A stretch of DNA of 64,000 nt from Candidatus Hydrogenedentota bacterium (lineage in GTDB: Bacteria; Hydrogenedentota; Hydrogenedentia; Hydrogenedentales; SLHB01). Made by a program: the position numbers and the translations under genes. Location: the NCBI GenBank assembly GCA_963674865.2, contig CAXXYE010000009.1, positions 1,216,001 to 1,280,000 of the forward strand, read 5' to 3'. This document shows positions 51,656 through 62,530 of the stretch, in pieces. Numbering within the stretch: the stretch's first letter is position 1; each line of letters opens with the position of its first letter. Below the pieces are notes generated by a model that saw only the letters and a program-made list of their open reading frames with translations, had not been told where the DNA came from and ran no database searches.

Positions 51656-52057
51656 TCAGGCGCTGCGGTCCAAGACTCGCGGCGGGGCCGCTTCGCTCCG
51701 CCAGAGGCGGGCATTCCGCAACTCGGGAGCCGCGAGTCGCGTGGTGACGAAGCTCTTATATGGCTCGCCGTTCACCTCGAGTGTTTCAATGCCGACAACA
51801 CCGCTGCGCAAGAGCTCGGCGACCAGTTGCAGGAAGGTTGGACGTTCGGCGTCGCTCAACTCGAAGACGGACTCCAGCAGCGGCCGCCCCTCCGTCGACA
51901 GATCAAACGCTTGCAGTACCGCATCAAAAGTCTCGGCATCTGCTTGCCCTTCGACGACGTCAGTACCGTCTTCATTCTTCCTTGCAGGTGTTGCGGCGGT
52001 TGGGCGGGCCTGTTGGGGGAGTCCGGCCCACCCGAGTGTATCGAGTTGGATTTCCAC
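51656..52057 (-). CDS. Hypothetical protein, possibly sigma28-regulated
   Basis: GTG start with GGGGAG RBS; C-terminal VLDRSA. Confidence 0.65.
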   Translation of the reverse strand: MEIQLDTLGWAGLPQQARPTAATPARKNEDGTDVVEGQADAETFDAVLQAFDLSTEGRPLLESVFELSDAERPTFLQLVAELLRSGVVGIETLEVNGEPYKSFVTTRLAAPELRNARLWRSEAAPPRVLDRSA

Positions 52058-52103
52058 TTGAGTCGCTCCCCTTTACCTGGAAGCCAGCTACATTCATTTA
52101 TTC

Positions 52104-52130
52104 ATATCGACGGTTCTTCCCTGTGCCTTA
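52104..52130 (-). promoter_or_regulatory. Sigma28 (FliA)-type promoter
   Basis: Minus strand TAAG-N15-GTCGATAT versus consensus TAAA-N15-GCCGATAA. Confidence 0.6.
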
Positions 52131-52552
52131 AGCGGGGCGGTATTGATTTGGCCGACTTTTCTTGACAAGAGGCCCATTATCATCACTGTTCGTGCCGTCT
52201 TGGTGTCCTTGCCCCGCAGAATGTCACCTTCTTTGGCCGGTCAACGTCGTAATATGGAGGTCTGTGGTGTGCAAAGAGCACGGTGATCGTTGGGGGTGCT
52301 CAACGGTCTTGACGCACGCGAAACGTAGGCTACGTCCCCGCGAAACCCTTGACAGGTCTCATGTTATTGTTGTAGAACTATTCAGTAGAGAACACCACCG
52401 AGCAGTAGTGCCGCGTCATGCCATTCGTGTCGGGGTGGCGCTACGAAAGGGTGGAGTCCTATTTGCGCATCAGAGAAGTTGTGACCTCTTATCCCGCACG
52501 GAGGACGAGGGGGTGCATCCTGCGTTTACATGAGCCAGGTCGGAGGACGATC

Positions 52553-55500
52553 ATGCGTGCCAAGTTTTTCATCGTGACCTTGATTGTGGCGCTAGTGCCG
52601 GCTGTGGAGGCGCTTGCGCAGCAATCGGCAGCGGACCCCGAGGCCGTGAAGGCTCTGGTCCGCACCCTCCGAGCACCCAGCGCCACGGAGCCTCCCCTGC
52701 TCGTGACGACTGAGTCGGGATACGTCCGGTCCATCGACGCGCCGGATGGCGCGCAATTCGAGACGGATGCTTCACTGCGCAAGACCGCCGATTCTCCCGA
52801 GAAAGTCTCGACGGATTTCATGTCCGCGCACGGCGCCGCGTTTGGCATCACGAGCGCTAGAGTGGCCCTTGACGCCGACCGCTTGAGAAAGGGCGGCACG
52901 GGGGAATCCTTCGTACGTCTCCAGCAGCGTTATGGCGATGTGCCCGTGTTTGGGGCATCGGTCATCGTCCAAGTAACGGACACCAGCGGCGTGGCCTTCG
53001 TGCTCAGTGATATTCTCCGCGATACGCAGCCTCTCGACGAAGGCGTTTTGTCCGTAGAGCCGATTATTAGCGGGGCCGGCGCCCGGGAAACGGCCATTCG
53101 TTGGGCCGTCAAGGAGTCCGGTCTGGCCGCGAATGCCATCACCGCGTCAGAGCCTGATCTAATGATTCTGGCGCCGGCGGTCTTGGGCGGGTCCGGCGCG
53201 ACCTGTTTGGCTTGGCATCTGATTGTCGCGGGTCCCGAAGACGCCTCTCCTTTTGCGGAAGTGGTCTTTGTGGATGCTCACACGGGTAGCGTCACGTTCA
53301 ATTACCCCCTTACCCATGACCTCAAGTACCGGGAGGTGTATGACGCCGGGAACACCTTGAACGAACTCGCGACCTTGGCGCGGGTCGAGGGCGATCCGCC
53401 GACAGATATCGAGGAGGTCGATAAGGCCTACGACTACCTTGGCGACACGTATGACTTCTATCTGAATGAGCACGGCCGCGACAGTATCGACGGCCTAGGC
53501 ATGACGCTGGTCGCCAGCGTGCGTTTGGCGTTTGCCAATGCTTACTGGTCTTACACGCAGCGCATGCTGTTCGGCACCGGTTATGCCGTTGACGATGTCA
53601 CGGGCCACGAATTGACGCACGGCGTCACCGAGCACGAATCTAACCTGATATATTCCTACGAGTCTGGCGCCATCAACGAGGCGTTCTCTGATATGTGGGG
53701 GGAGTTCGTCGACCTTACCAACGGTGCGGGCACCGATACGGACGATGTGCGCTGGCAGATGGGAGAAGACTTGCCGGAGGGCGCGCTGCGCGACATGAAG
53801 AATCCCGCGTTTGCCGTCAACTTCTTCCCCGACGAGGGCTACCTTCAGATGCCGAGCGAATACCAAGGGGCTGGCTGGTATGAGGGCGTCTACGACTACG
53901 GCGGCGTTCACCACAACATGAGCGTGGGCACCAAGCTTGCCTACTTGCTCACTGACGGGGACACCTTCAATGGGTTCCAGATTGACGCAATGGGGATCTC
54001 TCGCGTGGCTGACTTGTTCTACGAGGTCCAGACACACCTGCTCGGCCCCGCTGCGGATTACTACGACCTTTATGCGGCCTTGAGGCGTGCCGCTCAGAAC
54101 CTCGGTCTAGCGCGGGAAGAGCGTAAGAACGTTCGGAATGCGTGTAAGGCCGTCAAGATCGCCGTGTTGAGCGACAGCGATTCAGTGTCGGCTTTCCGTG
54201 CAATGCCGCAGCTCAACACGGGCGTGGTGGGACTGCGGTTGCAGCCAGCCGCTTCGAGCGCGTTCCAGGAATATCGCGTCTTGCGCAAAGAGAGCGAGTT
54301 CCCTGTCGACGAAAGCGATGGGACGCTCATCTACTCGGGTCTAGCTGAGACCTGGTTCGATGGCGAAAGCCCTAACCCGCTTTCAATTGGCGCGGACTAC
54401 TTCTACGGCCTCTTCGCTATGAGTTCTGTCGACAGTATATACAGTAGCGCGAAGGCGTATACGTTGGTGGCGACGGGTGAGGCGTTTGCGCGGGTGGTAG
54501 TGGGAGAAGACGTACCTGATTTCTGTACGGAAGCTTTCCAGGCAGGCACCGACCTGTCCCACACCCAGATCACCTTCTATCACGAAGGCATCAGCCCTGA
54601 AGCCTTTGAATCAGGCTGGCCCGAGTCGTACATCGGCTACGAGACTTACTCGGGCTATGTTACGAAGAACGTTTTCACTTTCCCTGTTGCAAAGCAAGGC
54701 TCCATACGCGTACCGATGACCGATGAGAGCACCGTCGCAGTGGACCTCGACAGGAATGTACCGTACTTTGGGGGACTTTACGATAGAGTCTACCTGTCCG
54801 CTAACGGCTACATGGCCTTTGAGCCCGTTCCTACCAGCGAGTATGCATTGTGGGAGGGACAGGCACCGTCACTCGCGGCCCACTTCAATACGCGTCGGAT
54901 CTCTTTCCTATTCGCCGACTTGCTGCCGTCCAGCGGTGGCGAGGTCTGGTATAAGCTGCTTGCGGACAGGGCTGTCTTCACGTTCGAGCAAGTGCCGGAA
55001 TGGGGCGCCACGTTGAGGAATTCCGTGCAGCTCGAGTTGTTCTACAGCGGCAAGATTCGCATTACTTACGGCGAGGTATACGCGGAGAACGCCGTTTGCG
55101 GGCTGTCGGACGGCCGGGGTGTGCCGATCGATCCGTTCACGGACCTGGTGCTCAAGTCTGATCTGTCCGACTTCGATGTGCCTTCCGAACTCCTGCTCGA
55201 GCCAATCCCCATTCAATACGCGAGCGAGAACGAAGAGGTGACGTTCGAGGTCGTATCAACTTCATTGGTGGGCACTCCCGTACTCACGGTTTCAGGCCTG
55301 CCCTGGGGGGCGGACTTCACCGATCATGGCGACGGTACCGGGACGTTTAGCTGGCAGACTGGCTCGAGCAGTGCCGGCAGTTACACCATGACGTTCACCG
55401 CCTTCGCCGGTACCAAACAGGTGTTTCAATATGCCTCTGTCGTTGTCTATAACGTCGCGTCGCTTCCTATAGCGTCCAATCTGAAGATCCGTACCAATCC

Positions 55501-56224
55501 CGATGACGGTACCCCGGATGTGGACCGCGGAGTTAGCACAACTGCTCAGTTGGAAGCGGAGTACGAGTTCTCGTCAAAGCTTGACACCTACTCGGGAAAG
55601 ATCAGCGAGGGGGCGTCATCTATCCAGTGGTTCCGCAACAGCGCACTCGTCACAGGCCTGACAGACCAGACGGTCATCCCGCCTTCTGTTACGCAGCCGG
55701 GTGAGGTGTGGTTTTTCACGGTGGTTCCGCGTTCCTTTCTGGGTCTTTCTGGGTCGGTTGCTCAGTCTCCAAGGGTTACCATTCTCGCGACGCCCGTGGT
55801 GAACTCCATCACGCCTGATGAAGGGCCCGCAACAGGCGGGACGACAGTGACGCTCCTTGGCGAGTTCCTGTCGTACCCCAAAGAGATCATGTTCGGAAGC
55901 GTCCCCGCCCGCAGTATCCGCTCGCTCGGTGACACGGGCATACAGGTTGTCTCGCCGGCCGTCGGTGCGCCGGGTACTGTTGATGTTACCGTGGCTACCA
56001 GCTACGGTTCCGCGACGCTCTCGGAGGCGTTCACGTTTACGGGCGTCTCGAAGGCACAGGCAGACGTCAACGCCGATGGTGTCGTGGATGCGTTGGACGT
56101 GCAAGAGGTGGTTAACGCTTTGCTCGGCGCCGACAAGGCTGCCACGAAGGCCGATATCGATGGCGACGGCTACGTGAGCGCGGCCGACGTTCAGATCGTC
56201 GTCAACGCTGCCATCAACATATAA
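52553..56224 (+). CDS. Exported M4 (thermolysin-like) metallopeptidase with accessory beta domains, IPT/TIG and dockerin
   Basis: Signal peptide, FTP/PepSY propeptide, NAYW, HELTH, GAINEAFSD, GGVHHN, C-terminal DVNADGVVDALD / DIDGDGYVSAAD. Confidence 0.92.
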   Translation: MRAKFFIVTLIVALVPAVEALAQQSAADPEAVKALVRTLRAPSATEPPLLVTTESGYVRSIDAPDGAQFETDASLRKTADSPEKVSTDFMSAHGAAFGITSARVALDADRLRKGGTGESFVRLQQRYGDVPVFGASVIVQVTDTSGVAFVLSDILRDTQPLDEGVLSVEPIISGAGARETAIRWAVKESGLAANAITASEPDLMILAPAVLGGSGATCLAWHLIVAGPEDASPFAEVVFVDAHTGSVTFNYPLTHDLKYREVYDAGNTLNELATLARVEGDPPTDIEEVDKAYDYLGDTYDFYLNEHGRDSIDGLGMTLVASVRLAFANAYWSYTQRMLFGTGYAVDDVTGHELTHGVTEHESNLIYSYESGAINEAFSDMWGEFVDLTNGAGTDTDDVRWQMGEDLPEGALRDMKNPAFAVNFFPDEGYLQMPSEYQGAGWYEGVYDYGGVHHNMSVGTKLAYLLTDGDTFNGFQIDAMGISRVADLFYEVQTHLLGPAADYYDLYAALRRAAQNLGLAREERKNVRNACKAVKIAVLSDSDSVSAFRAMPQLNTGVVGLRLQPAASSAFQEYRVLRKESEFPVDESDGTLIYSGLAETWFDGESPNPLSIGADYFYGLFAMSSVDSIYSSAKAYTLVATGEAFARVVVGEDVPDFCTEAFQAGTDLSHTQITFYHEGISPEAFESGWPESYIGYETYSGYVTKNVFTFPVAKQGSIRVPMTDESTVAVDLDRNVPYFGGLYDRVYLSANGYMAFEPVPTSEYALWEGQAPSLAAHFNTRRISFLFADLLPSSGGEVWYKLLADRAVFTFEQVPEWGATLRNSVQLELFYSGKIRITYGEVYAENAVCGLSDGRGVPIDPFTDLVLKSDLSDFDVPSELLLEPIPIQYASENEEVTFEVVSTSLVGTPVLTVSGLPWGADFTDHGDGTGTFSWQTGSSSAGSYTMTFTAFAGTKQVFQYASVVVYNVASLPIASNLKIRTNPDDGTPDVDRGVSTTAQLEAEYEFSSKLDTYSGKISEGASSIQWFRNSALVTGLTDQTVIPPSVTQPGEVWFFTVVPRSFLGLSGSVAQSPRVTILATPVVNSITPDEGPATGGTTVTLLGEFLSYPKEIMFGSVPARSIRSLGDTGIQVVSPAVGAPGTVDVTVATSYGSATLSEAFTFTGVSKAQADVNADGVVDALDVQEVVNALLGADKAATKADIDGDGYVSAADVQIVVNAAINI

Positions 56225-56241
56225 TCCTTGTTCACACGGTG

Positions 56242-56280
56242 CTCGCCGCCGTGCCTTTGGGCCACGGCGGCGAGTTTCAT
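56242..56280 (+). terminator. Rho-independent terminator of the M4 gene
   Basis: CTCGCCGCCGTG...CACGGCGGCGAG followed by TTTCATTCTT. Confidence 0.7.
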
Positions 56281-56514
56281 TCTTGCCGTTTTCCGGCCTT
56301 CCAGGCGGCCTTGCCCACGATTACCGTTCCGCCCTGGATGTCTCACACGTCAACGCGTGCGCCGCGGCTTTTTCACTCACCTGTTATCCGGCATGAGGGG
56401 ACGAGGAGGTTGTGAGGCGCTCTGTCCAATGCTCCAACGCCATATCTGTGATGCGAAGTGTGTCGCACCGCACGGCGTGTGCGTAGTCTCGTCGTGCGGT
56501 GCGAGAACAGCGGA

Positions 56515-57927
56515 CTACTCCACGACTTCTGGAATGGCTGGGGCCTTATCCATGATGTACGGTAGGCGTCTGACGTGTTCGCCAGTCTTGTCGCAGAAAT
56601 AGAGGCGCGATTCCGACGGACGCCGTCCGTGACCGTCGGCCCAGAACGCGTAGAAGTCTGGATGGGCGTTAACAGGCTTTCGGACATAGGTGTGGTTGAA
56701 AAGACTCCCACGCGTGAGTTGCCGCACCTTGGCCCACGTCTGGCCTTGATCGACACTAGTCCACATTGCCACCTCGCCTCCAGGATTGAAGGGCTGGGGG
56801 CCTGGCTCCGTGGGCCCGATGACGCGCCATGTCCCGTCGGGCTCGACATGAACGCAGCCCGTGTCGTAGTTGCTGTCCGATGCGGTGATCGTGTGTATGG
56901 CCCAGTCCGTGCCCGTCCAGTGCGCCAGGCGCCATTCGCGCGGGCCGTGCCGGGGGCCGGGCTCCCATGTCCGCGCGGTAACATGCAGAATGATCGGCCG
57001 CCCCTCCTGGTCGAAATCCAGGTCTTTCATGTAGGCCAGCGTGTCCTGAGCCTCATAGTCCTTCACGAGGGCTGGGTTATCGGATGTTCCGAGGGGCAGA
57101 GTAATCACCTCGCCTGAAGCTGCTCTCCACGTTTTGCCCATGTCGTCTGTTTCGACATAGTAGAGATTCGTCCGCCAGTTCAGGCCGCTCTTTTCGGCGT
57201 CTCCGTGGAAGGCCGTTGGATGGTAGTTGAATGCGGTGCCTACCTTTTTCCCTTTTCGCCAACTCACCTGATAGTGTCCACGCTCAATGAAGGCAAGGCG
57301 CGAGCGCTCCGACCACGTGACTCCGTCGGGGCTTGTCTGCCAGAAGAGAGCCCGCCCGTCTTCGTAGCTTGTATGGAGAAACAGGAAGCCTTTACCGGGC
57401 GCGTGCCAAGGCTGCGGGTAGGAGAAGTTTGTCTCGGACAAGAGGTCGAAATCGTCCACGTCATAGGGCCTCTTGCTCTTGAAAATGAAGGCCGGACGCG
57501 CCTTGCCATGCGCGCTCACGAAGACCCAGATATGCCCCGATCCGTCCAGGCAGATAACGGGATTATCGTGCGCGTCCGCTGTCTGTTTATCCATCAGGAT
57601 GGTTGGCCTCGGCACCTGTCCCGAGGCATGGTCATAGTAAGAGACCATGGCAAGGACAATGCGCTCAGTGGGTTTCGTGCCGCCATACACGAAGAAGGTC
57701 TTACCGACTTCGGGCGCATACACCGCCATGGGCAAGTGCTTCGCGCAGTAGGTGCCGAGCCCGCCACTGTACTTGTAGACGTACTCGTCGTGCGTCTCCT
57801 GGTTGTAGTACCAGATGCCACGGTATCCCGTGTCCTTTTCGAAACTCTCCGCCGCCGCATGGCGACATGCCAGGATCCCAAACAAGAGTGTCAGAAAGCC
57901 AATTCGCAATAGCACGATTGTGGACAC
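56515..57927 (-). CDS. Exported BNR-4 repeat beta-propeller protein
   Basis: Signal peptide, DAHDNP, SYPQ, SPDGVTW, TDDMGKTW, SVDQGQTW Asp-boxes; GTG start after AAAGGAGA. Confidence 0.82.
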   Translation of the reverse strand: MSTIVLLRIGFLTLLFGILACRHAAAESFEKDTGYRGIWYYNQETHDEYVYKYSGGLGTYCAKHLPMAVYAPEVGKTFFVYGGTKPTERIVLAMVSYYDHASGQVPRPTILMDKQTADAHDNPVICLDGSGHIWVFVSAHGKARPAFIFKSKRPYDVDDFDLLSETNFSYPQPWHAPGKGFLFLHTSYEDGRALFWQTSPDGVTWSERSRLAFIERGHYQVSWRKGKKVGTAFNYHPTAFHGDAEKSGLNWRTNLYYVETDDMGKTWRAASGEVITLPLGTSDNPALVKDYEAQDTLAYMKDLDFDQEGRPIILHVTARTWEPGPRHGPREWRLAHWTGTDWAIHTITASDSNYDTGCVHVEPDGTWRVIGPTEPGPQPFNPGGEVAMWTSVDQGQTWAKVRQLTRGSLFNHTYVRKPVNAHPDFYAFWADGHGRRPSESRLYFCDKTGEHVRRLPYIMDKAPAIPEVVE

Positions 57928-58193
57928 GATCTCTCCTTTCATATCACTTGCCGCGACGGCAACCTGAATTCCTACCCTCATGCTCGGGCTTTCAAACGTG
58001 CCTCAGGGCCTTATCCTACATGAAACGAAGAACCTGTATTCCGAAAAACGCCGGTGCCTTTCGCCTAGTTGACGTTGTTCCCTCCCGGAAAGGCCGGAAA
58101 GGCGTCAATCTCGGCGACGGCGGCGTGTTCCAGAAGGCTGCGGCCCGAAGGCCGCTGACCTGCTCTTCACGCATGGCCGCCGTCCGTTGCCGA

Positions 58194-59774
58194 CTATCGT
58201 CCCGTTCGGCGCAGCACGGAGGCGAACGCCCGAAACTCATCGAGGTCCAAGGCGGCGGCCAGAGCGATGTATGTTGCGGCGGCGGACACCATAGGCAGGG
58301 CCACGCACATCGCGCGCGGCAGTACCGCCTCTCCGGGGAACACCTGGGCCGTCTTGAAATGGACGCCGTAGACGACGGCGGCCATCATGCCCGTGGCGAG
58401 TACCATTCGGAAGAGGGCCGCGAGGAAGTCCCTGTCCCACAAAGCGCCAAACCGGTTGGACAGAAAGAGGTAGAGCAGTAAGAAGTTGACAGTGAAGGAA
58501 ATCGTGGTGGCCAGGGCGAGGCCGCGGTATCCTAGCGGCCCTACGAGGACGCAGTTCAGGAGAATGTTGAGGAACATGCTTGATGACGCCACAATGACCG
58601 GTGTCTTCGTGTTCTTTACGGCGTAGAAGCCCGATACGGCTACCTTCACCCACGCAAAAGACAGGAGGCCCGCACCGTAGAGCCCCAGGGCGCCCGCGGC
58701 GCGGGCTGTGTCCTCGGCGGTGAACCGCCCGCCCTCAAACAACAGCCGAATGATGGGCGTCCGCAGCAGGATCAGTCCAATCATCGCAGGGAAGACGAGG
58801 AAGAAGCACTGCCGAAGTCCCTGCATAAGAGTGTGGCGGATCTCGTCGAAATCTCCCCGGGCGCCCGCGCGGGATACCGCTGGCAGCACTGCCGCCGCCA
58901 TCGCCATGCCGAACATAGACAGGGGAAGCTGAACCAGCCGGTTGGCTGTGTACAGTGCCTTGATCACCTCTGGCCCCAGCCGCAGTGCAAAGAGAGCGTC
59001 GACGAGCTTATTGACCTCCGCGGTTGCCTGGCCGAGCAACACGGGGATGAGCAGGCAGAAGGAGGCCCGGACGGCGGGGTGTCTGAGGTGGAAGTTGGGC
59101 CGCCACACGCCGATCCTACGTCCCATGGCGACGTAATTTGCCACAAGCTGTGCCGCGCCGCCCAACCATGCACCCACCACCAGAGCGTATGCCGGCTCCG
59201 AGAAGCGCTTGTGCAAGAGTAGGCACGACGCGATGAACGCCGCGTTCAACAGTACGGGGGACCACGACGGCGTCGCATAGTGCTTCGCGATGAAAAGGGG
59301 TCCCATGGCAAAGACGGCCATTCCGATGAAGAATAGGTACGGGAATATCCAGCGCGAAAGCAGAGCTGTGGTTCGCACCACGTCCGGGTCCAGTGGCGGC
59401 GTGCCGGTGAGAGCGCGCAGCACGCGGGAGCCGTACAGGAGCAGCGGAACGGCCGCGACGCCGGCCACCGTCAGGACAAGGAGGACGAGAAACATGGCCG
59501 ACATCACTGCCGACACGGCCTCTCGGTAGGCCGCCGTTGATTCCTTCTGGCGGAAGTCGGACAAGACGGGGATAAACGCCGCGTTCGCTGCTCCCTCCCC
59601 GATTAGGTCCCGGAGCATGTTCGGGAATTTCCACGCCAAGAGGAAAGGGCCAAGCGACGTCGTGTCGATGAACATGAACCAGACTTTATCGCGCACCAGG
59701 CCCAACACACGGCTCAGAAGAGTGCCTAGCGCGAATGTCGCTGTGAATCTGGACAGTTGTCTTGACTCAGCCAT
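58194..59774 (-). CDS. murJ: Lipid II flippase MurJ
   Basis: SRVLGLVRD, PNMLRDLIGEGA, RLVQLP, FYAVKNTKTP. Confidence 0.93.
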   Translation of the reverse strand: MAESRQLSRFTATFALGTLLSRVLGLVRDKVWFMFIDTTSLGPFLLAWKFPNMLRDLIGEGAANAAFIPVLSDFRQKESTAAYREAVSAVMSAMFLVLLVLTVAGVAAVPLLLYGSRVLRALTGTPPLDPDVVRTTALLSRWIFPYLFFIGMAVFAMGPLFIAKHYATPSWSPVLLNAAFIASCLLLHKRFSEPAYALVVGAWLGGAAQLVANYVAMGRRIGVWRPNFHLRHPAVRASFCLLIPVLLGQATAEVNKLVDALFALRLGPEVIKALYTANRLVQLPLSMFGMAMAAAVLPAVSRAGARGDFDEIRHTLMQGLRQCFFLVFPAMIGLILLRTPIIRLLFEGGRFTAEDTARAAGALGLYGAGLLSFAWVKVAVSGFYAVKNTKTPVIVASSSMFLNILLNCVLVGPLGYRGLALATTISFTVNFLLLYLFLSNRFGALWDRDFLAALFRMVLATGMMAAVVYGVHFKTAQVFPGEAVLPRAMCVALPMVSAAATYIALAAALDLDEFRAFASVLRRTGR

Positions 59775-59870
59775 GATCACCACTTGAATGATGCTACATC
59801 GTCGACCACGCTCGCGGCCCGTGCAGGTTGCTCCCCCTCTTCCGCAATCGATGCCCCGCCGCCGCGTTGC

Positions 59871-61448
59871 CTAGAGATGGGCCGTCGGCACCGTCTTGGC
59901 GTGGGGTTGATAGACCACACTTGCCGCCAGCAGGATAAGCGATATCGCCGCCATAATCCACGGGAAGAACACCGGCCCATGGGGAATAAGCCGGTTCCCC
60001 GGCAGCGCTATCGGCAGGACGCCCGCTCGCCGCCGCATGATGCCATCCGCCGCAGTTGCGTCCAATCCCAGCCTGTAAAACGTGCCGTCGGCGCCAAATG
60101 TCCCTCCCGCGCAGGTGAATCGGCCCCAAGGGTCGAAGACCCCCGATATGCCGGTGTTTGCGCAGTGCACCAGCGGCAGTCGTGTCTCCACGGCTCGGAC
60201 GCGTGCGATCTCCAGTTCCTGAGGGATGGCACTGCTTGTGCCGAACCACCCAAGGTTGGTCATCACTACCAAGCAGTCGGCGCCCATACGCCGGAGTCGC
60301 TCCGACATGGGGCCGAACAGTACCTCAAAACAGATCAAAGGGCCGAATCGTCGGCTTTCGCAAGAAAACACCTTGGGTGTGTCGCCAGCCTCAATGTCGC
60401 CGATGGCGGGGATGACCTTGCCGATAAAGGGGAAGATGCTGCTGAGGGGGACGTACTCCCCGAAAGGGGCAAGATGGATCTTGTCGTAGTGGTCGACCAG
60501 TACGCCCTTGGCATCAACGAAGGCGCTCGAGTTTCGGTCGCGGCCGGACTGTCTATCCGTGCGCATGGTTCCGGTCAGCAAGGCGGCCCCCGTCTCACGT
60601 GTCATGTCTGTGACGAGGTTGAAAACGCCCGGCGAGGTAGTTGACGCCATGATGAGGCTCTCCGGCCAAACCAGCAAATCGACCTCGCCTTGTTCCGCCA
60701 GCTCGCGCGACTTATCCGCCGCACTTCGAACCATTTCCTCGGTGTAGTCTGTGTCCCATTTCATCTCAAGAGGGAAATTGGACTGAAGGACGCCCACGTG
60801 AAACAGGCGGGCGCCGTAGGTTGGGCCGCCAAGCATCATCATGCCTAAGCCGTGTGCGCCCAGCGCGATCAGGACTGCCAGCGCCGCCCGCGCAACGCGG
60901 CGCTTCGGCTCGACCGCCGTCTGAGCAACCAGCGCGTTGAAGACGATCAACACCGCCGACACGGCGGACGCCCCGCCCAGGGCCGCCCATTGAAGTAAGG
61001 GCACGTCGCTCCCCTGCGAGAATGCCAGGCAGCCCCATCCAAAGCCGGTGAGCAGCCGGGCCTGAAGCCATTCCATAGCCACCCAGAGAGGCGCGGCCGC
61101 CAGCCACGCAGGCACGCGCGGCAGGCGATTGGCCACCCACTGCCACAATCCGCCGAAGACGGCCCAGTAGGAGGCCATGAATGCGGCTAGCGCCACATAC
61201 CCCCAGATGGCCCAGCCGCCGGCCCAGTAGACATTGGCCAATAGCCACTGCAACAGAACCAGGTAGAACGTCAAGCCGGCAACGAAAAAGCGCCAGGCGC
61301 TGCTTGCGACGTCCGCGGGACGGCGCCGACAGAAGAGGGGAACCAAGGCGACCCACGCCAGTGGATAGAGATGATACGCGGGGAAGCTGAGAGCCAGTGC
61401 CGCCCCCGATGCGCATGGAAGGAAGAATGTATTAAGCGAGCGCCTCAT
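59871..61448 (-). CDS. lnt: Apolipoprotein N-acyltransferase
   Basis: TM region, WPES, YDKIHLAPFGEYVP, ICFE, RAVETR, ANTGIS. Confidence 0.93.
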   Translation of the reverse strand: MRRSLNTFFLPCASGAALALSFPAYHLYPLAWVALVPLFCRRRPADVASSAWRFFVAGLTFYLVLLQWLLANVYWAGGWAIWGYVALAAFMASYWAVFGGLWQWVANRLPRVPAWLAAAPLWVAMEWLQARLLTGFGWGCLAFSQGSDVPLLQWAALGGASAVSAVLIVFNALVAQTAVEPKRRVARAALAVLIALGAHGLGMMMLGGPTYGARLFHVGVLQSNFPLEMKWDTDYTEEMVRSAADKSRELAEQGEVDLLVWPESLIMASTTSPGVFNLVTDMTRETGAALLTGTMRTDRQSGRDRNSSAFVDAKGVLVDHYDKIHLAPFGEYVPLSSIFPFIGKVIPAIGDIEAGDTPKVFSCESRRFGPLICFEVLFGPMSERLRRMGADCLVVMTNLGWFGTSSAIPQELEIARVRAVETRLPLVHCANTGISGVFDPWGRFTCAGGTFGADGTFYRLGLDATAADGIMRRRAGVLPIALPGNRLIPHGPVFFPWIMAAISLILLAASVVYQPHAKTVPTAHL

Positions 61449-61507
61449 CCAGTGGTAGTCGTACGCGCCCCTTCTAGCCTCTTGTGGGCGGTGTCCCGGG
61501 AATGGCC

Positions 61508-62530
61508 CTACAGCTCCTGTTCGAGGGCGACAATTTCCCTGTCGATGCGGTCTCTATTGCGCCAGCCTTCTTCACGCCAGAAGTTGAGTGCACGCATTGC
61601 TCTGGGCTTGAGATCGCGCAGATCCACAACCGTGGGGGAGACAAAGATGACGAGATTGGAATTCACCGCCTCTGTATCCCGCCCGCGGAAAGGAATGCCC
61701 AATAGAGGGATGGATCCGACCAGAGGCACGCGTTGTTCATTGCGGAACACACTCCGGGTGGAAAGGCCGCCGATAACGAGTGTTTGGCCGTTGGGAACAA
61801 GTACGGTGCCGTTCTGCGATCTCTGAGAGAATACCGGCAGATCCACGCCACGGATGTTCCTGCTGATGGAGGCGTCGATCACGTCCAGTTTTCCGATGTC
61901 TAGCTTGATCAGGTTATCCGGGCGAACTTCCGGTGTTATCTCGAGATTCACGCCGACGTCTTTCCAGTCGACGTTCAGTACAGGTTCCCCTTTGTTGTTG
62001 TACTGCACATCCTGATACGGCACCTGGCTGCCGGCGTGGATCTCGGCCTTGGTCTTGTCCCTGACCAACAGCTCCGGCTTCGAGATCAGGTCGAAATCGG
62101 TGTTTTGCTCGATGCCGCGGAATACTCCGTCGATTGTTCCTCGGCCCACGTCAATAATGTCGAATTCGAGGCCGGCCCCGCCTTGCGCCTCGGTGTCGCC
62201 GCGAAGCGTATCGTCGAAGAGTGTCTGGTCAGGCTCCGGCAGCGTGACGGTGAAGCGCTCATCGCCTTCGTCGAACACCTGCGTGACAACTTGTTGTACG
62301 GACCCAGTCTGTTCCTTGCCCCGCACGAAGCGCACGTAGTTCAGGTTGGCGCCGAGACTACGAAGCCCATTCTCCGTGAATTCGCTAATCCAAATCTGAA
62401 TCTGCACCTGGGTGATGGGCGTCGTCGGTGGCGGTGGCGGGGGATCCTGCGCCGCCGCTGAGAAAAGGAGAGATATGACGCCGAGAGCGGCTATGAGCGC
62501 GATCCTATCGATACCGTTCGCGGACATCAT
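61508..62530 (-). CDS. Minimal secretin (secretin domain only)
   Basis: Signal peptide, Pro linker, QVQIQIWISE, SKPELLV, DVGVNLEITP, GQTLVIGGL, VPLVGSIPLLG, VIFVSPTVV. Confidence 0.85.
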   Translation of the reverse strand: MMSANGIDRIALIAALGVISLLFSAAAQDPPPPPPTTPITQVQIQIWISEFTENGLRSLGANLNYVRFVRGKEQTGSVQQVVTQVFDEGDERFTVTLPEPDQTLFDDTLRGDTEAQGGAGLEFDIIDVGRGTIDGVFRGIEQNTDFDLISKPELLVRDKTKAEIHAGSQVPYQDVQYNNKGEPVLNVDWKDVGVNLEITPEVRPDNLIKLDIGKLDVIDASISRNIRGVDLPVFSQRSQNGTVLVPNGQTLVIGGLSTRSVFRNEQRVPLVGSIPLLGIPFRGRDTEAVNSNLVIFVSPTVVDLRDLKPRAMRALNFWREEGWRNRDRIDREIVALEQEL

